The notes under the pieces are model-generated. The model was not told where the DNA came from and searched no databases. It saw nothing but the letters and a program-made list of their open reading frames with translations. A stretch of 64,000 nucleotides of DNA from the IMG/VR virus record IMGVR_UViG_3300020048_000046, one strand, 5' to 3'. The position numbers and the translations under genes are program-made. Source of the stretch: an uncultured virus (IMG/VR IMGVR_UViG_3300020048_000046) (lineage: Duplodnaviria > Heunggongvirae > Uroviricota > Caudoviricetes). This document shows, piece after piece, positions 10,472-18,630 of this stretch. Position 1 is the stretch's first letter. Each line of letters begins with the position of its first letter.

Positions 10472-10723
10472 ATGAAAATTACATTAAACGAAATTACATT
10501 TACAAAAGAAGAAATGACTTCTTTTTTACAAGAAAATGGTTATAAAATTGAAACTAACTATGAAGTTACAAGTATAATTGCTGATGTTCCATTGCATGGA
10601 TATGTTGACTATGCTATACCATCAGAAGAAAATTTTGATAAAAATAAACATAAAAGCATTGATGAAACTTTTGAGGATTTAATTCAAAATGGAGTTAAAA
10701 AATTTATATTATCACTATCTTAG
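10472..10723 (+). CDS. hypothetical protein
   Basis: 83-aa ORF. Confidence 0.6.
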   Translation: MKITLNEITFTKEEMTSFLQENGYKIETNYEVTSIIADVPLHGYVDYAIPSEENFDKNKHKSIDETFEDLIQNGVKKFILSLS

Positions 10724-10774
10724 GTTAAATAGATATATCGTTCCCACAATAATTAATAAAATAAAGAAAACAAT

Positions 10775-12052
10775 ATGAGCAATAAAGAAAAAGCTGAACT
10801 TTACCTTAGACACAAATATTTATATTATTGTGTTGGTAAACCTATAATCTCTGATTATGATTTTGATTTGTTTGAAAACGAACTCAAAGATAGTGGGGAT
10901 CCATTATTACTAAAAGTTATAGATTTGGTGGATTTTCCAAGTTTAGAAACAATAAAATCATTGGGTCTTAATATCGAAAATATCGCACCAAATTTAAAGG
11001 TCAAAAGGGATGATGTTGATTATCAACACCTTAGCCCAATGCTTTCAACTAAAAAAGTTCAAATACAAATAGAAACAGACTTTTCTGAAAATCCAGATTA
11101 CAATGATTTGATATTATTTTTCAATAAAGCAAAAACAGATTATTATATTGCGGAACCAAAATATGATGGTAATGGGTTAGAACTTATTTATATTGATGGA
11201 AAATTGAATAAAATATTAACAAGAGGTGATGCTGAAACTGGTAAGGATAAAACAAAAAAATTAAGCATATTACCCAGTATACCAACAAAAATTGATATGC
11301 CTGGAACAGTTGAAATTAGAGGGGAAATAATCATAAAGCAAAAAAAATGGGAAGATAAATATAAATCCGTTGATAGTAATAAAGAGACAGGTTCAAATTC
11401 AAGAAATTGGGTTGGTGGAATTGTTTCAAAAGAAGATTATTATATAGAAGAATTACTTGATTTAGATTTCATAGCTTTTTCATTAGTAAATATAAACAAC
11501 AATAAAGTGGAATATATTAACAATGAAAGTAGTGAACTTAAAAAATTAGGGTTTAATGTGAATGTCGATTTTTTCACTAAAAAAATAAAAGATATATCAG
11601 AATTTAGAGATTTATATTTCGAATATAAAAATTATAGAGAAAATATTAGTGAGTATCAACTAGATGGAATTGTGTTAAAATATAAAGAAGAATTAAGAAA
11701 TAACTTATCGACAAATAAAAAATACCCATTTTGGAGTTGTGCTATAAAATTTCGTGCGGAAATTGCAACAGCAGAAATATTATCGATAGAATGGAATAAT
11801 TCAAAGACCGGAGAAATCACACCGGTCGGTATAATTTATCCGACCACCATGTATGACGGGAGAATTTTAAGGCGTGTTAGTTTGTGTAATCTGGGAACGA
11901 TATACAGACGTAAATTTTACGTTGGGAGCACTATAAGCTTGAGACTTGCCGGTGACATTATCGGACAAGCAGTTGATGTAATAACACCATCAGAACATGA
12001 ACGTGAATATGATCAACAAATAAAAGATTTCATTAAAAATCAGAGTAAATAA
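10775..12052 (+). CDS. ligA: NAD-dependent DNA ligase, short form
   Basis: YY...PIISDYDFD (domain Ia), EPKYDG (motif I), TRGD, EIRGE, DGIVLK, AIKF, TGEITPV, LAGDII; ends after the OB fold. Confidence 0.9.
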   Translation: MSNKEKAELYLRHKYLYYCVGKPIISDYDFDLFENELKDSGDPLLLKVIDLVDFPSLETIKSLGLNIENIAPNLKVKRDDVDYQHLSPMLSTKKVQIQIETDFSENPDYNDLILFFNKAKTDYYIAEPKYDGNGLELIYIDGKLNKILTRGDAETGKDKTKKLSILPSIPTKIDMPGTVEIRGEIIIKQKKWEDKYKSVDSNKETGSNSRNWVGGIVSKEDYYIEELLDLDFIAFSLVNINNNKVEYINNESSELKKLGFNVNVDFFTKKIKDISEFRDLYFEYKNYRENISEYQLDGIVLKYKEELRNNLSTNKKYPFWSCAIKFRAEIATAEILSIEWNNSKTGEITPVGIIYPTTMYDGRILRRVSLCNLGTIYRRKFYVGSTISLRLAGDIIGQAVDVITPSEHEREYDQQIKDFIKNQSK

Positions 12053-13447
12053 TTACTCTGATTTTCTTTTTATCATGTGTGAACATATTTTACCCAACCA
12101 ATTATTTTTTATTGATTGTTGATAACATCCACCAGAATTTGATTTAAAATCCATTTTTGTGTTATATTTTTGTGCTTCAATTTCACAATTCTCAAATGTC
12201 CAATATCCAGCAGGTTTTGATTTTTGTTTTTCCATATGTGAACATATTATATCCATTATTTTTCTTTTCTTTGAAACATTATAAATTTTTGAACTATTTT
12301 TTCTAAAATCTATTCTTTTCCCATACTTTAATGCTTCTAAATGGCAAATTTCGTTTGTGTATTTTTTCGTTTTCCCTCCACCTGTCCCGCCTGTTTTTAA
12401 AATATTTAACATAGTCCAACCGCTATTTTTATACTCTTGAAAATAATATTCTTCTTTTAATACAGCCTCATCAATTAAAATATAATCTGTTAATTTTATT
12501 AATTCTGGTTTATCATTTGTTTTTATAAAATGTTTATAAACTGAACCTCTCTTAAAATGTTCATTATTTCGTTTATTTATGTTATATGTTAATCCAACAT
12601 AGGCATGATTATCAGAAAATTCGTAAACATAAATACATCTTTTATATAAATTTCCTTTTTCTTCCATGTGAGAACAAATTTCGGCAATCCATTTTTTTGA
12701 TAGACATTTTGAATATGCTGATGGGCAATTATTCATAAATTCTGTTTTAGTGTTATATTTTGATGCTTCTTCTTTACATATTTCAAAAGAAAAATAACCA
12801 TTATTTTTTCTTATTTCTTTCATGTGAGAACAAATTTCGTTAAACCATTTATTTCTACATGCTTTTAATGATGCCTTTTTTGAATATTTTTTAAAATCTT
12901 TTCTATTATCATATTTTAATGCTTCTTCTTGACATCGTTCTTTCGTCCAATAATTTTTTGACTTTTTATTATCATTCATATGAACACATAAATCATTTAA
13001 CCATTTATTTTCTAACATAGAACCATATGCACTACCAAATTTTTTATATAATTCTTCTTTTGTTTCACAGGTTAATGATATTTCTTTACATTTTTCATAT
13101 GTCCAGTAACCACGTGGTTTATTTGGTTTATTTTTCATATGATAACAAATATTATTTAATATTTTTGTCTTAACTGCAAATTTATACATTCCATTACAAT
13201 TATTTTTAAAATCTTTTCTATTATCATATTTTAATGCTTCTGTTAGGCATATATCATAGTTATATTTACTTCCTCTCTGTTTCTTTTTACCCATATGTAT
13301 ACAAATATCATCTAGCCATTTTTTTATTCTAGCTACACAATATGATACAGAATTTAATCTATATTCATTCCTAGTATTATATTTCAATGCTTCTTCTTGG
13401 CATCGTTCTTTAGTCCAATATCCTTTCGGTTTTCTTTCAGTTTCCAT
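12053..13447 (-). CDS. GIY-YIG homing endonuclease with tandem helical repeats
   Basis: CIYVYEF...AYVGLT...R..EH...E...LN...GG core flanked by repeated YWTxExC..EA.KY...W...IC.HM units. Confidence 0.75.
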   Translation of the reverse strand: METERKPKGYWTKERCQEEALKYNTRNEYRLNSVSYCVARIKKWLDDICIHMGKKKQRGSKYNYDICLTEALKYDNRKDFKNNCNGMYKFAVKTKILNNICYHMKNKPNKPRGYWTYEKCKEISLTCETKEELYKKFGSAYGSMLENKWLNDLCVHMNDNKKSKNYWTKERCQEEALKYDNRKDFKKYSKKASLKACRNKWFNEICSHMKEIRKNNGYFSFEICKEEASKYNTKTEFMNNCPSAYSKCLSKKWIAEICSHMEEKGNLYKRCIYVYEFSDNHAYVGLTYNINKRNNEHFKRGSVYKHFIKTNDKPELIKLTDYILIDEAVLKEEYYFQEYKNSGWTMLNILKTGGTGGGKTKKYTNEICHLEALKYGKRIDFRKNSSKIYNVSKKRKIMDIICSHMEKQKSKPAGYWTFENCEIEAQKYNTKMDFKSNSGGCYQQSIKNNWLGKICSHMIKRKSE

Positions 13448-13449
13448 AA

Positions 13450-13611
13450 TTATAATATAATATTTTTTGTGTCAACGCCATTATCTTTAATATACTGAAG
13501 TAAAATATATTCAACTAATCTACTTCTATTTGTTGATAATTTCTCTATTTCATCTAAAATATCTTTGTTGATGCTCACAGATATAATTTTTTTTGTTTTA
13601 TTGTCTTTCAT
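13450..13611 (-). CDS. ribbon-helix-helix-like DNA-binding protein (53 aa, not in ORF track)
   Basis: MKDNKTKKIISVSINKDILDEIEKLSTNRSRLVEYILLQYIK...: beta strand plus helix-RS-helix pattern. Confidence 0.65.
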   Translation of the reverse strand: MKDNKTKKIISVSINKDILDEIEKLSTNRSRLVEYILLQYIKDNGVDTKNIIL

Positions 13612-13739
13612 ATAATACTTATTTGTTTTATTGTATATATTAAAGTTTTAAAGTCAAAAAGTGTATTTTTTACAAATACTTATATTTTTTTATGAAACAT
13701 TTTTATATTTTTCATCTTTAAAAAATAAAAAACAAATTT

Positions 13740-13904
13740 ATGTCACGTAAAAAATTAAAAGATGAAGAAAAAAAACCAAAAATTAATCTAAAGATAAATG
13801 AAAATTTGTTGGATGAATTTGATAAATTGATTGGTGATAAAAAAAGATCTAGAGTAATTGAAGAATTACTTAATGATTATATTAATGAACATAAAAATAT
13901 ATAA
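13740..13904 (+). CDS. ribbon-helix-helix-like DNA-binding protein (54 aa, not in ORF track)
   Basis: MSRKKLKDEEKKPKINLKINENLLDEFDKLIGDKKRSRVIEELLNDYINEHKNI. Confidence 0.65.
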   Translation: MSRKKLKDEEKKPKINLKINENLLDEFDKLIGDKKRSRVIEELLNDYINEHKNI

Positions 13905-13924
13905 AAAATATTACTTGAAATAAA

Positions 13925-14086
13925 ATGAAAAAATTAAAAGATTTAACATTTGATGATTTATCTAAATTAACAGATGAATATTTTGAAAGAAATTTAAGAA
14001 AAACTGAAAAAGAATTATTTGAAACAGATTTTTTTAATAAATTGAATAATCTAAAGAAAATAAATGAGAATAAAAAGCAAAAATGA
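13925..14086 (+). CDS. small hypothetical protein (53 aa)
   Basis: MKKLKDLTFDDLSKLTDEYFERN... read by eye. Confidence 0.5.
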   Translation: MKKLKDLTFDDLSKLTDEYFERNLRKTEKELFETDFFNKLNNLKKINENKKQK

Positions 14087-14124
14087 TTTTTATTTCGTAT
14101 CTTTGCATAAAAATATATGATTAT

Positions 14125-14334
14125 ATGGATATTAGAGAAAAGCAAGCCATATGGCTTATTGAAAAAAAAAATATTACCGTCACGGATTGTCCACCATTTG
14201 AATCTTTGGAAAAAACAGGCTGTGAATATTGTATTGTTCATAAATTTAATGGCAATGGATGTTCAATTGATCGTAAAATAAAAGCGGCAAATTGGATATT
14301 AAGAAAAAATAAATTAGAAAGAATATTAAAATAA
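14125..14334 (+). CDS. small Cys-containing protein with RKNKLERIL tag
   Basis: Start moved to ATG downstream of TATCTTTG at 14098-14105; C..CEYC..C. Confidence 0.6.
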   Translation: MDIREKQAIWLIEKKNITVTDCPPFESLEKTGCEYCIVHKFNGNGCSIDRKIKAANWILRKNKLERILK

Positions 14335-14366
14335 TTTGGATTTTCACTTTTTTTGTTGTATATTTG
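14335..14366 (+). promoter_or_regulatory. Bacteroidota-type promoter
   Basis: TTTG 14335-14338, N20, TATATTTG 14359-14366. Confidence 0.8.
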
Positions 14367-14394
14367 TATATGAAACAATTTAATATATACAATT

Positions 14395-14808
14395 ATGAAA
14401 AATCTAATTTATATTATCATTGGAATTTTTGGATTACCAGCATTATTTATTCATGAATTAAGTCATGTAATCATGTTTATTCTTTTAGGTAAACCAATAA
14501 AAAGTATTGAGTTTAATATTACAAATAAAGAGAAATTTTTTTATAATGCTTGTGTTAATTCATATAAATGTAAATCATTGTTTACTACGGTTCTTACATC
14601 ATTGTCGCCTTTGTTGGTTTGGATTATCCTTATTATATTATCTTTCTTCTATACTTTCCCAATTTATATTATCATTTACTTCGTATTGTGCTTCAATGTA
14701 ATGTTACCCAGTAAATGCGATTTTGATAATGTTAGATGTTTTAATGATAAAGAAAAATCTTTTGATAGATCATTTGAAGAATATTTATCGAAATATGGAA
14801 CAGCATAA
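14395..14808 (+). CDS. membrane HExxH zinc-metalloprotease-like protein
   Basis: PALFIHELSH within hydrophobic helices, PSKCD; paralogue of 15366..15875. Confidence 0.65.
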   Translation: MKNLIYIIIGIFGLPALFIHELSHVIMFILLGKPIKSIEFNITNKEKFFYNACVNSYKCKSLFTTVLTSLSPLLVWIILIILSFFYTFPIYIIIYFVLCFNVMLPSKCDFDNVRCFNDKEKSFDRSFEEYLSKYGTA

Positions 14809-14810
14809 AA

Positions 14811-14840
14811 AAAAACACAATTAATTGTGTTTTTTTTTTT
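14811..14840. terminator. bidirectional intrinsic terminator
   Basis: aaaaacacaat-ta-attgtgttttt between convergent genes. Confidence 0.7.
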
Positions 14841-14848
14841 ATTAATTA

Positions 14849-15262
14849 TTAATTTCCACCAAATGCGCCAGTTCCGCTTGATTTACTACCAGCTTGAATT
14901 TCACAAGCTCTCCAAAGATATTTGAATATTGTTTTTTCGCTTGGATCTTCAAATTTATTTATATCGTAATTTAATTCTTTTGCTTTTTTTATAACATTTT
15001 GATAATCTTCTTCAGTTGCTCCTTTTAAACCAACACCTTTATCTCCATCGTATTGTAATGCTTTTTTAATTATGGTAGGATTAATATTATCAAATTCTTT
15101 TATTATGCTTGATTTATTCATACGATCTGCAATTTTAGTCATACCTTTCCCAATTTTATCAAAAATACCCTCAGTTATAAGTTTTTCAAAGGTATTTTCA
15201 AATATTTGATCTTCATTGATTTTTTCTTGATTATGTTGCTCAAATGTTTTTAAGTGTTTCAT
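14849..15262 (-). CDS. putative virion-internal protein (MKHLKTFE N-terminus)
   Basis: MKHLKTFEQHNQEKINE...LITEGIFD; TAATATATA upstream on minus strand. Confidence 0.6.
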   Translation of the reverse strand: MKHLKTFEQHNQEKINEDQIFENTFEKLITEGIFDKIGKGMTKIADRMNKSSIIKEFDNINPTIIKKALQYDGDKGVGLKGATEEDYQNVIKKAKELNYDINKFEDPSEKTIFKYLWRACEIQAGSKSSGTGAFGGN

Positions 15263-15315
15263 ATTGTTGAATATTTATTTTTATTATATATATTAAATAA
15301 AAAAAATCGTTTTTA

Positions 15316-15347
15316 TTTGCTTTTTTGAAAAAATATCCGTATATTTG
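15316..15347 (+). promoter_or_regulatory. Bacteroidota-type promoter
   Basis: TTTG 15316-15319, N20, TATATTTG 15340-15347. Confidence 0.8.
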
Positions 15348-15365
15348 TAATAAATATTGAATAAT

Positions 15366-15875
15366 ATGAAAAATACAATTATTTATATATATCGAATAAT
15401 GTGCTTACCTAGTTTTATTGCACATGAATTAAGTCATCTAATAATGTTGTTAATATTATTTAGAAAATATTATGGTATTGGATTTAATGTGGATAATTAT
15501 AAAACTTTTGAATATAGTGGATATGTTAAAATTAGACCATCTATGAATTGTTTTAATATAGAAAGTGTAAATCATAAAAAAATAAAAATATATAATTTTT
15601 TGTTTTTTATGTCTCCATTTATGGTTTGGGTTATATTTATTGTCTTATCTTTTTACTATTTTTTTCCAATATATATTATTTGTTATTTGTTATTTACTGT
15701 GAGAATATCAATTCCAAGTAAATATGATTTTAATGGTGTTAAGTTTTTTGGAATAGATAGAGAAAACAAGTCTGATGATTATTATGATATTATTATCCAA
15801 GATTATATTAATTCTCAAAAATATTCAAAAACAAGAAATATAATAAATAATTTATATGCCTTTTTTATTGGTTAA
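15366..15875 (+). CDS. membrane HExxH metalloprotease-like protein
   Basis: PSFIAHELSH, PSKYD; paralogue of 14395..14808. Confidence 0.65.
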   Translation: MKNTIIYIYRIMCLPSFIAHELSHLIMLLILFRKYYGIGFNVDNYKTFEYSGYVKIRPSMNCFNIESVNHKKIKIYNFLFFMSPFMVWVIFIVLSFYYFFPIYIICYLLFTVRISIPSKYDFNGVKFFGIDRENKSDDYYDIIIQDYINSQKYSKTRNIINNLYAFFIG

Positions 15876-15909
15876 AAAACAACAGATTAAATAAATTATA
15901 CAAAATATA

Positions 15910-16137
15910 ATGGTTATGAATAATAAAGAAAAAGATTTTCTGAAAAATATTATTTTAGAATATTTGAAAAAATATAATACAACTGCTAGTACAGATAGTT
16001 TAGAAGAAGCATTTGTTTGTTATTATATTACTGGTAAATATTATATACACGATGAAAATATTAGTTTTGTTTGTGAAGAACTTGTAAAAGAAAACAAAAT
16101 ACAAAAAATTGGTGCAGGTGGATATAAAACATTATAA
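15910..16137 (+). CDS. hypothetical protein
   Basis: 75-aa ORF. Confidence 0.55.
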   Translation: MVMNNKEKDFLKNIILEYLKKYNTTASTDSLEEAFVCYYITGKYYIHDENISFVCEELVKENKIQKIGAGGYKTL

Positions 16138-16256
16138 AAAAATAGTTTCAGGATAGATTAAAAAATCATTTATTATGGACACACACACACAAATGATTGG
16201 ATATTAAAGATGATTTAATTAAATAAAAAAGGGAAAATAAGGGAAAATAAGGGAAA

Positions 16257-16287
16257 AGGCTGTTCAAAAATGGACAGTCTTTTTTTT
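16257..16287 (+). terminator. intrinsic terminator
   Basis: aggctgttca-aaaa-tggacagtct followed by T run. Confidence 0.65.
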
Positions 16288-16314
16288 ATATATAATACTA
16301 AAATATATATAAAT

Positions 16315-16689
16315 ATGATAACTAAACAAGAAGATTTCAATAAATATATAACAGAAGATTCAGATATTTTAAATAATTATCCGAATAGAAGAGACATTAT
16401 TTATATGTTGAGAAATAATATGGTATCCAGAGTAAATTATCCAATTATATCTGGATATATTATTGGCTCAGAAGCTAAAGGTACAGCAAGATTAGATTCT
16501 GATTTAGATATTGGATTAATTATACCAACATCAAATAATATAACATCATTAAAAAGAACTGAAAATTATCATTCGAAATTTTTAAATGATGATCAAAAAC
16601 CAAAATGGAATGGTAGAATTATAGATTTTCAGTTTTTTTATTTAGATGATCAAGAATTTAACGACTATAACAAAATAAAAATATTTTAA
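16315..16689 (+). CDS. minimal nucleotidyltransferase (Pol-beta fold)
   Basis: IIGSEAKGTARLDSDLDIG = hGS..x..DxD motif; third acidic residue in IIDFQ. Confidence 0.75.
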   Translation: MITKQEDFNKYITEDSDILNNYPNRRDIIYMLRNNMVSRVNYPIISGYIIGSEAKGTARLDSDLDIGLIIPTSNNITSLKRTENYHSKFLNDDQKPKWNGRIIDFQFFYLDDQEFNDYNKIKIF

Positions 16690-17279
16690 TGATTACCAAT
16701 TTTTCAGAGTATTTAAAAGAAAATATAGATGATAACGTATTATCTAATTTAATTGTTGAATTAAATGTTGATGTGAAAAAATATTTCCGTAAAGGAAAAT
16801 ATGGAAAGATTTATGAATTAACGGATGGTCGATTATTGAAAATAACTAAGTCTAAGGTAGAATATGATACTATATCTAAAATAATAAATCATAAATCAAA
16901 AAACATAGTAGAATATTATGCTGCTGGAGCAATATATGATGACTTATTTTATATTATAATGGAAAAAGTGACACCAAACGATGAAAAAATAGGTATAGTT
17001 ACATTGGAAAATATATTGGAAAAAAATGATATTCCGCTATTTAGTGATGGTGGATATACAACTAAAGAAAATTATGAAATGGCAGTCGAATACTTGATAA
17101 AAAATGAAAATAAAAAATATTTGGATTTGTTAACTGATATATACGAAATAGCTAAAGACTTAGAAAAATACAACATTTATAATGGTGATTATAAAGATGA
17201 AAATATTGGATATAAAAATAATAAATTAGTAGTATTTGATATTATGAATACTAATTCAAAATATTATAAAAAACACTAA
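16689..17279 (+). CDS. protein-kinase-like fold protein
   Basis: KGKYGKIY (Gly loop), LLKIT, IIMEK, GDYKDENIG (catalytic loop), VVFD. Confidence 0.7.
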   Translation: MITNFSEYLKENIDDNVLSNLIVELNVDVKKYFRKGKYGKIYELTDGRLLKITKSKVEYDTISKIINHKSKNIVEYYAAGAIYDDLFYIIMEKVTPNDEKIGIVTLENILEKNDIPLFSDGGYTTKENYEMAVEYLIKNENKKYLDLLTDIYEIAKDLEKYNIYNGDYKDENIGYKNNKLVVFDIMNTNSKYYKKH

Positions 17280-17316
17280 TTAAAATTAATATATACTAAA
17301 AAACAATAATGATTAT

Positions 17317-17688
17317 ATGATACTAAATTTTAAAAATTTCAATAGGTTAAATGAAAATGTTGGAAATGAATTAAACCCAAATATAAAAGAATGGTTAATT
17401 GATGAATTATCTTCTTGGGCTAGAACTTGGGAAGGTGAAGATGAAGAAGTATTAATGGGTGAAGAACCAAAAGCCTCCGGATTTGACAATGTTATGGCTT
17501 TAGTTGATAAATTAGAAAACAACCAATTAGATGAACATGATTATAGAGAAATAGTTTTTCATTTATATCAAATGAATTATGATGATATAGAAGAAGGTTT
17601 ACCTATATCTGAGCAAGATTCTTCTGATATTTCTTCATTCGAGGATTTTAAGAATATTGTTACTGCTGTTTATGATTATTATATTTAA
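17317..17688 (+). CDS. acidic hypothetical protein, putative virion-internal
   Basis: MILNFKNFNRLNE N-terminus; TAATATATA at 17287-17295. Confidence 0.6.
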   Translation: MILNFKNFNRLNENVGNELNPNIKEWLIDELSSWARTWEGEDEEVLMGEEPKASGFDNVMALVDKLENNQLDEHDYREIVFHLYQMNYDDIEEGLPISEQDSSDISSFEDFKNIVTAVYDYYI

Positions 17689-17704
17689 AAATATGTATAT
17701 ATGT

Positions 17705-17734
17705 AAAAAACCACTTATCCGAGTGGTTTTTTTT
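17705..17734 (+). terminator. intrinsic terminator
   Basis: aaaaaaccactt-atcc-gagtggtttttttt. Confidence 0.75.
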
Positions 17735-17753
17735 GTATTAATATGATAAAAAA

Positions 17754-17785
17754 TTTGTATATATGTAAAAAATATATTATCTTTG
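17754..17785 (+). promoter_or_regulatory. Bacteroidota-type promoter
   Basis: TTTG 17754-17757, N20, TATCTTTG 17778-17785. Confidence 0.8.
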
Positions 17786-17896
17786 CATACAATAAAAAAT
17801 ATATGAGAAAAAACATAGTTGATTTTATATTAATTGTTGCAATAATCATAGTTGCACCGTTTGAAATTGTCAGTCGAAAATTAAATAATAAATAAA

Positions 17897-18262
17897 ATGG
17901 AGATTATACAAAAATATACTCTACAGACAAATGATATTATTTATGTTGGAGATACTAAAATAGTGTTATATCCCATACAAGTAAGCATTTTGTTAGATGA
18001 TATGGGTATAACTTTTTTTGAGTGTGAATATTCAGATGAATATTATTTTATAAACGCAACAAAAAAACAAATAAATAAACTTAAAAAATGTGAATTCGTT
18101 GAATGGGTTGAATTATATGATGAGAAAGAATTTAAGTTTAGGTATATCACTACAGATATATCAACAATGATTGATAATCTAGAATATAAAAAAGTAACAG
18201 ACGAATTAATTGAGGCAATTGTATTGAAACTTAATAATTTGAAAAAATTAAAAAACGAATAA
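17897..18262 (+). CDS. hypothetical protein
   Basis: 121-aa ORF. Confidence 0.6.
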   Translation: MEIIQKYTLQTNDIIYVGDTKIVLYPIQVSILLDDMGITFFECEYSDEYYFINATKKQINKLKKCEFVEWVELYDEKEFKFRYITTDISTMIDNLEYKKVTDELIEAIVLKLNNLKKLKNE

Positions 18263-18264
18263 AT

Positions 18265-18555
18265 ATGTGTGAATCTGAAAAAAGTATGGCTCAAAAACTC
18301 AAAGAATTATTGGATAATATGTCTGAGGAGGAAACAGCTGAAATGAATGAGTTTTTTAGTGATAAAAAACCTAAAGGTTGGCTTAATATTGAAGAATATT
18401 TACCGGCAATGTATGCAAAAGATATTGAGGTTGGGTATTCCGTTTTTCTTGTTAGAGATAATAATGGAAAAGAATTTGAATCCCCATTGTCTGATCATAA
18501 TGTTTGGTATTATGAAGCTAAAAAATTAGGAATTACACATTGGTTTAATGATTAA
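18265..18555 (+). CDS. hypothetical protein
   Basis: 96-aa ORF with W...E.LP and ITHW motifs common in phage hypotheticals. Confidence 0.6.
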   Translation: MCESEKSMAQKLKELLDNMSEEETAEMNEFFSDKKPKGWLNIEEYLPAMYAKDIEVGYSVFLVRDNNGKEFESPLSDHNVWYYEAKKLGITHWFND

Positions 18556-18630
18556 TATCACCCAATATGTAACAAATAATTGCTAAAAATGTTACAGGAT
18601 AATAATAAAATTAAATAAACAAAAAACGAT

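Noticed and set aside
16230..16257. (agggaaaata) tandem repeat, about 3 copies
   Set aside because: Short low-complexity slippage repeat before a terminator with no further structure
16315..17279. MNT-HEPN toxin-antitoxin pair
   Set aside because: The partner gene has kinase motifs, not a HEPN Rx4-6H signature
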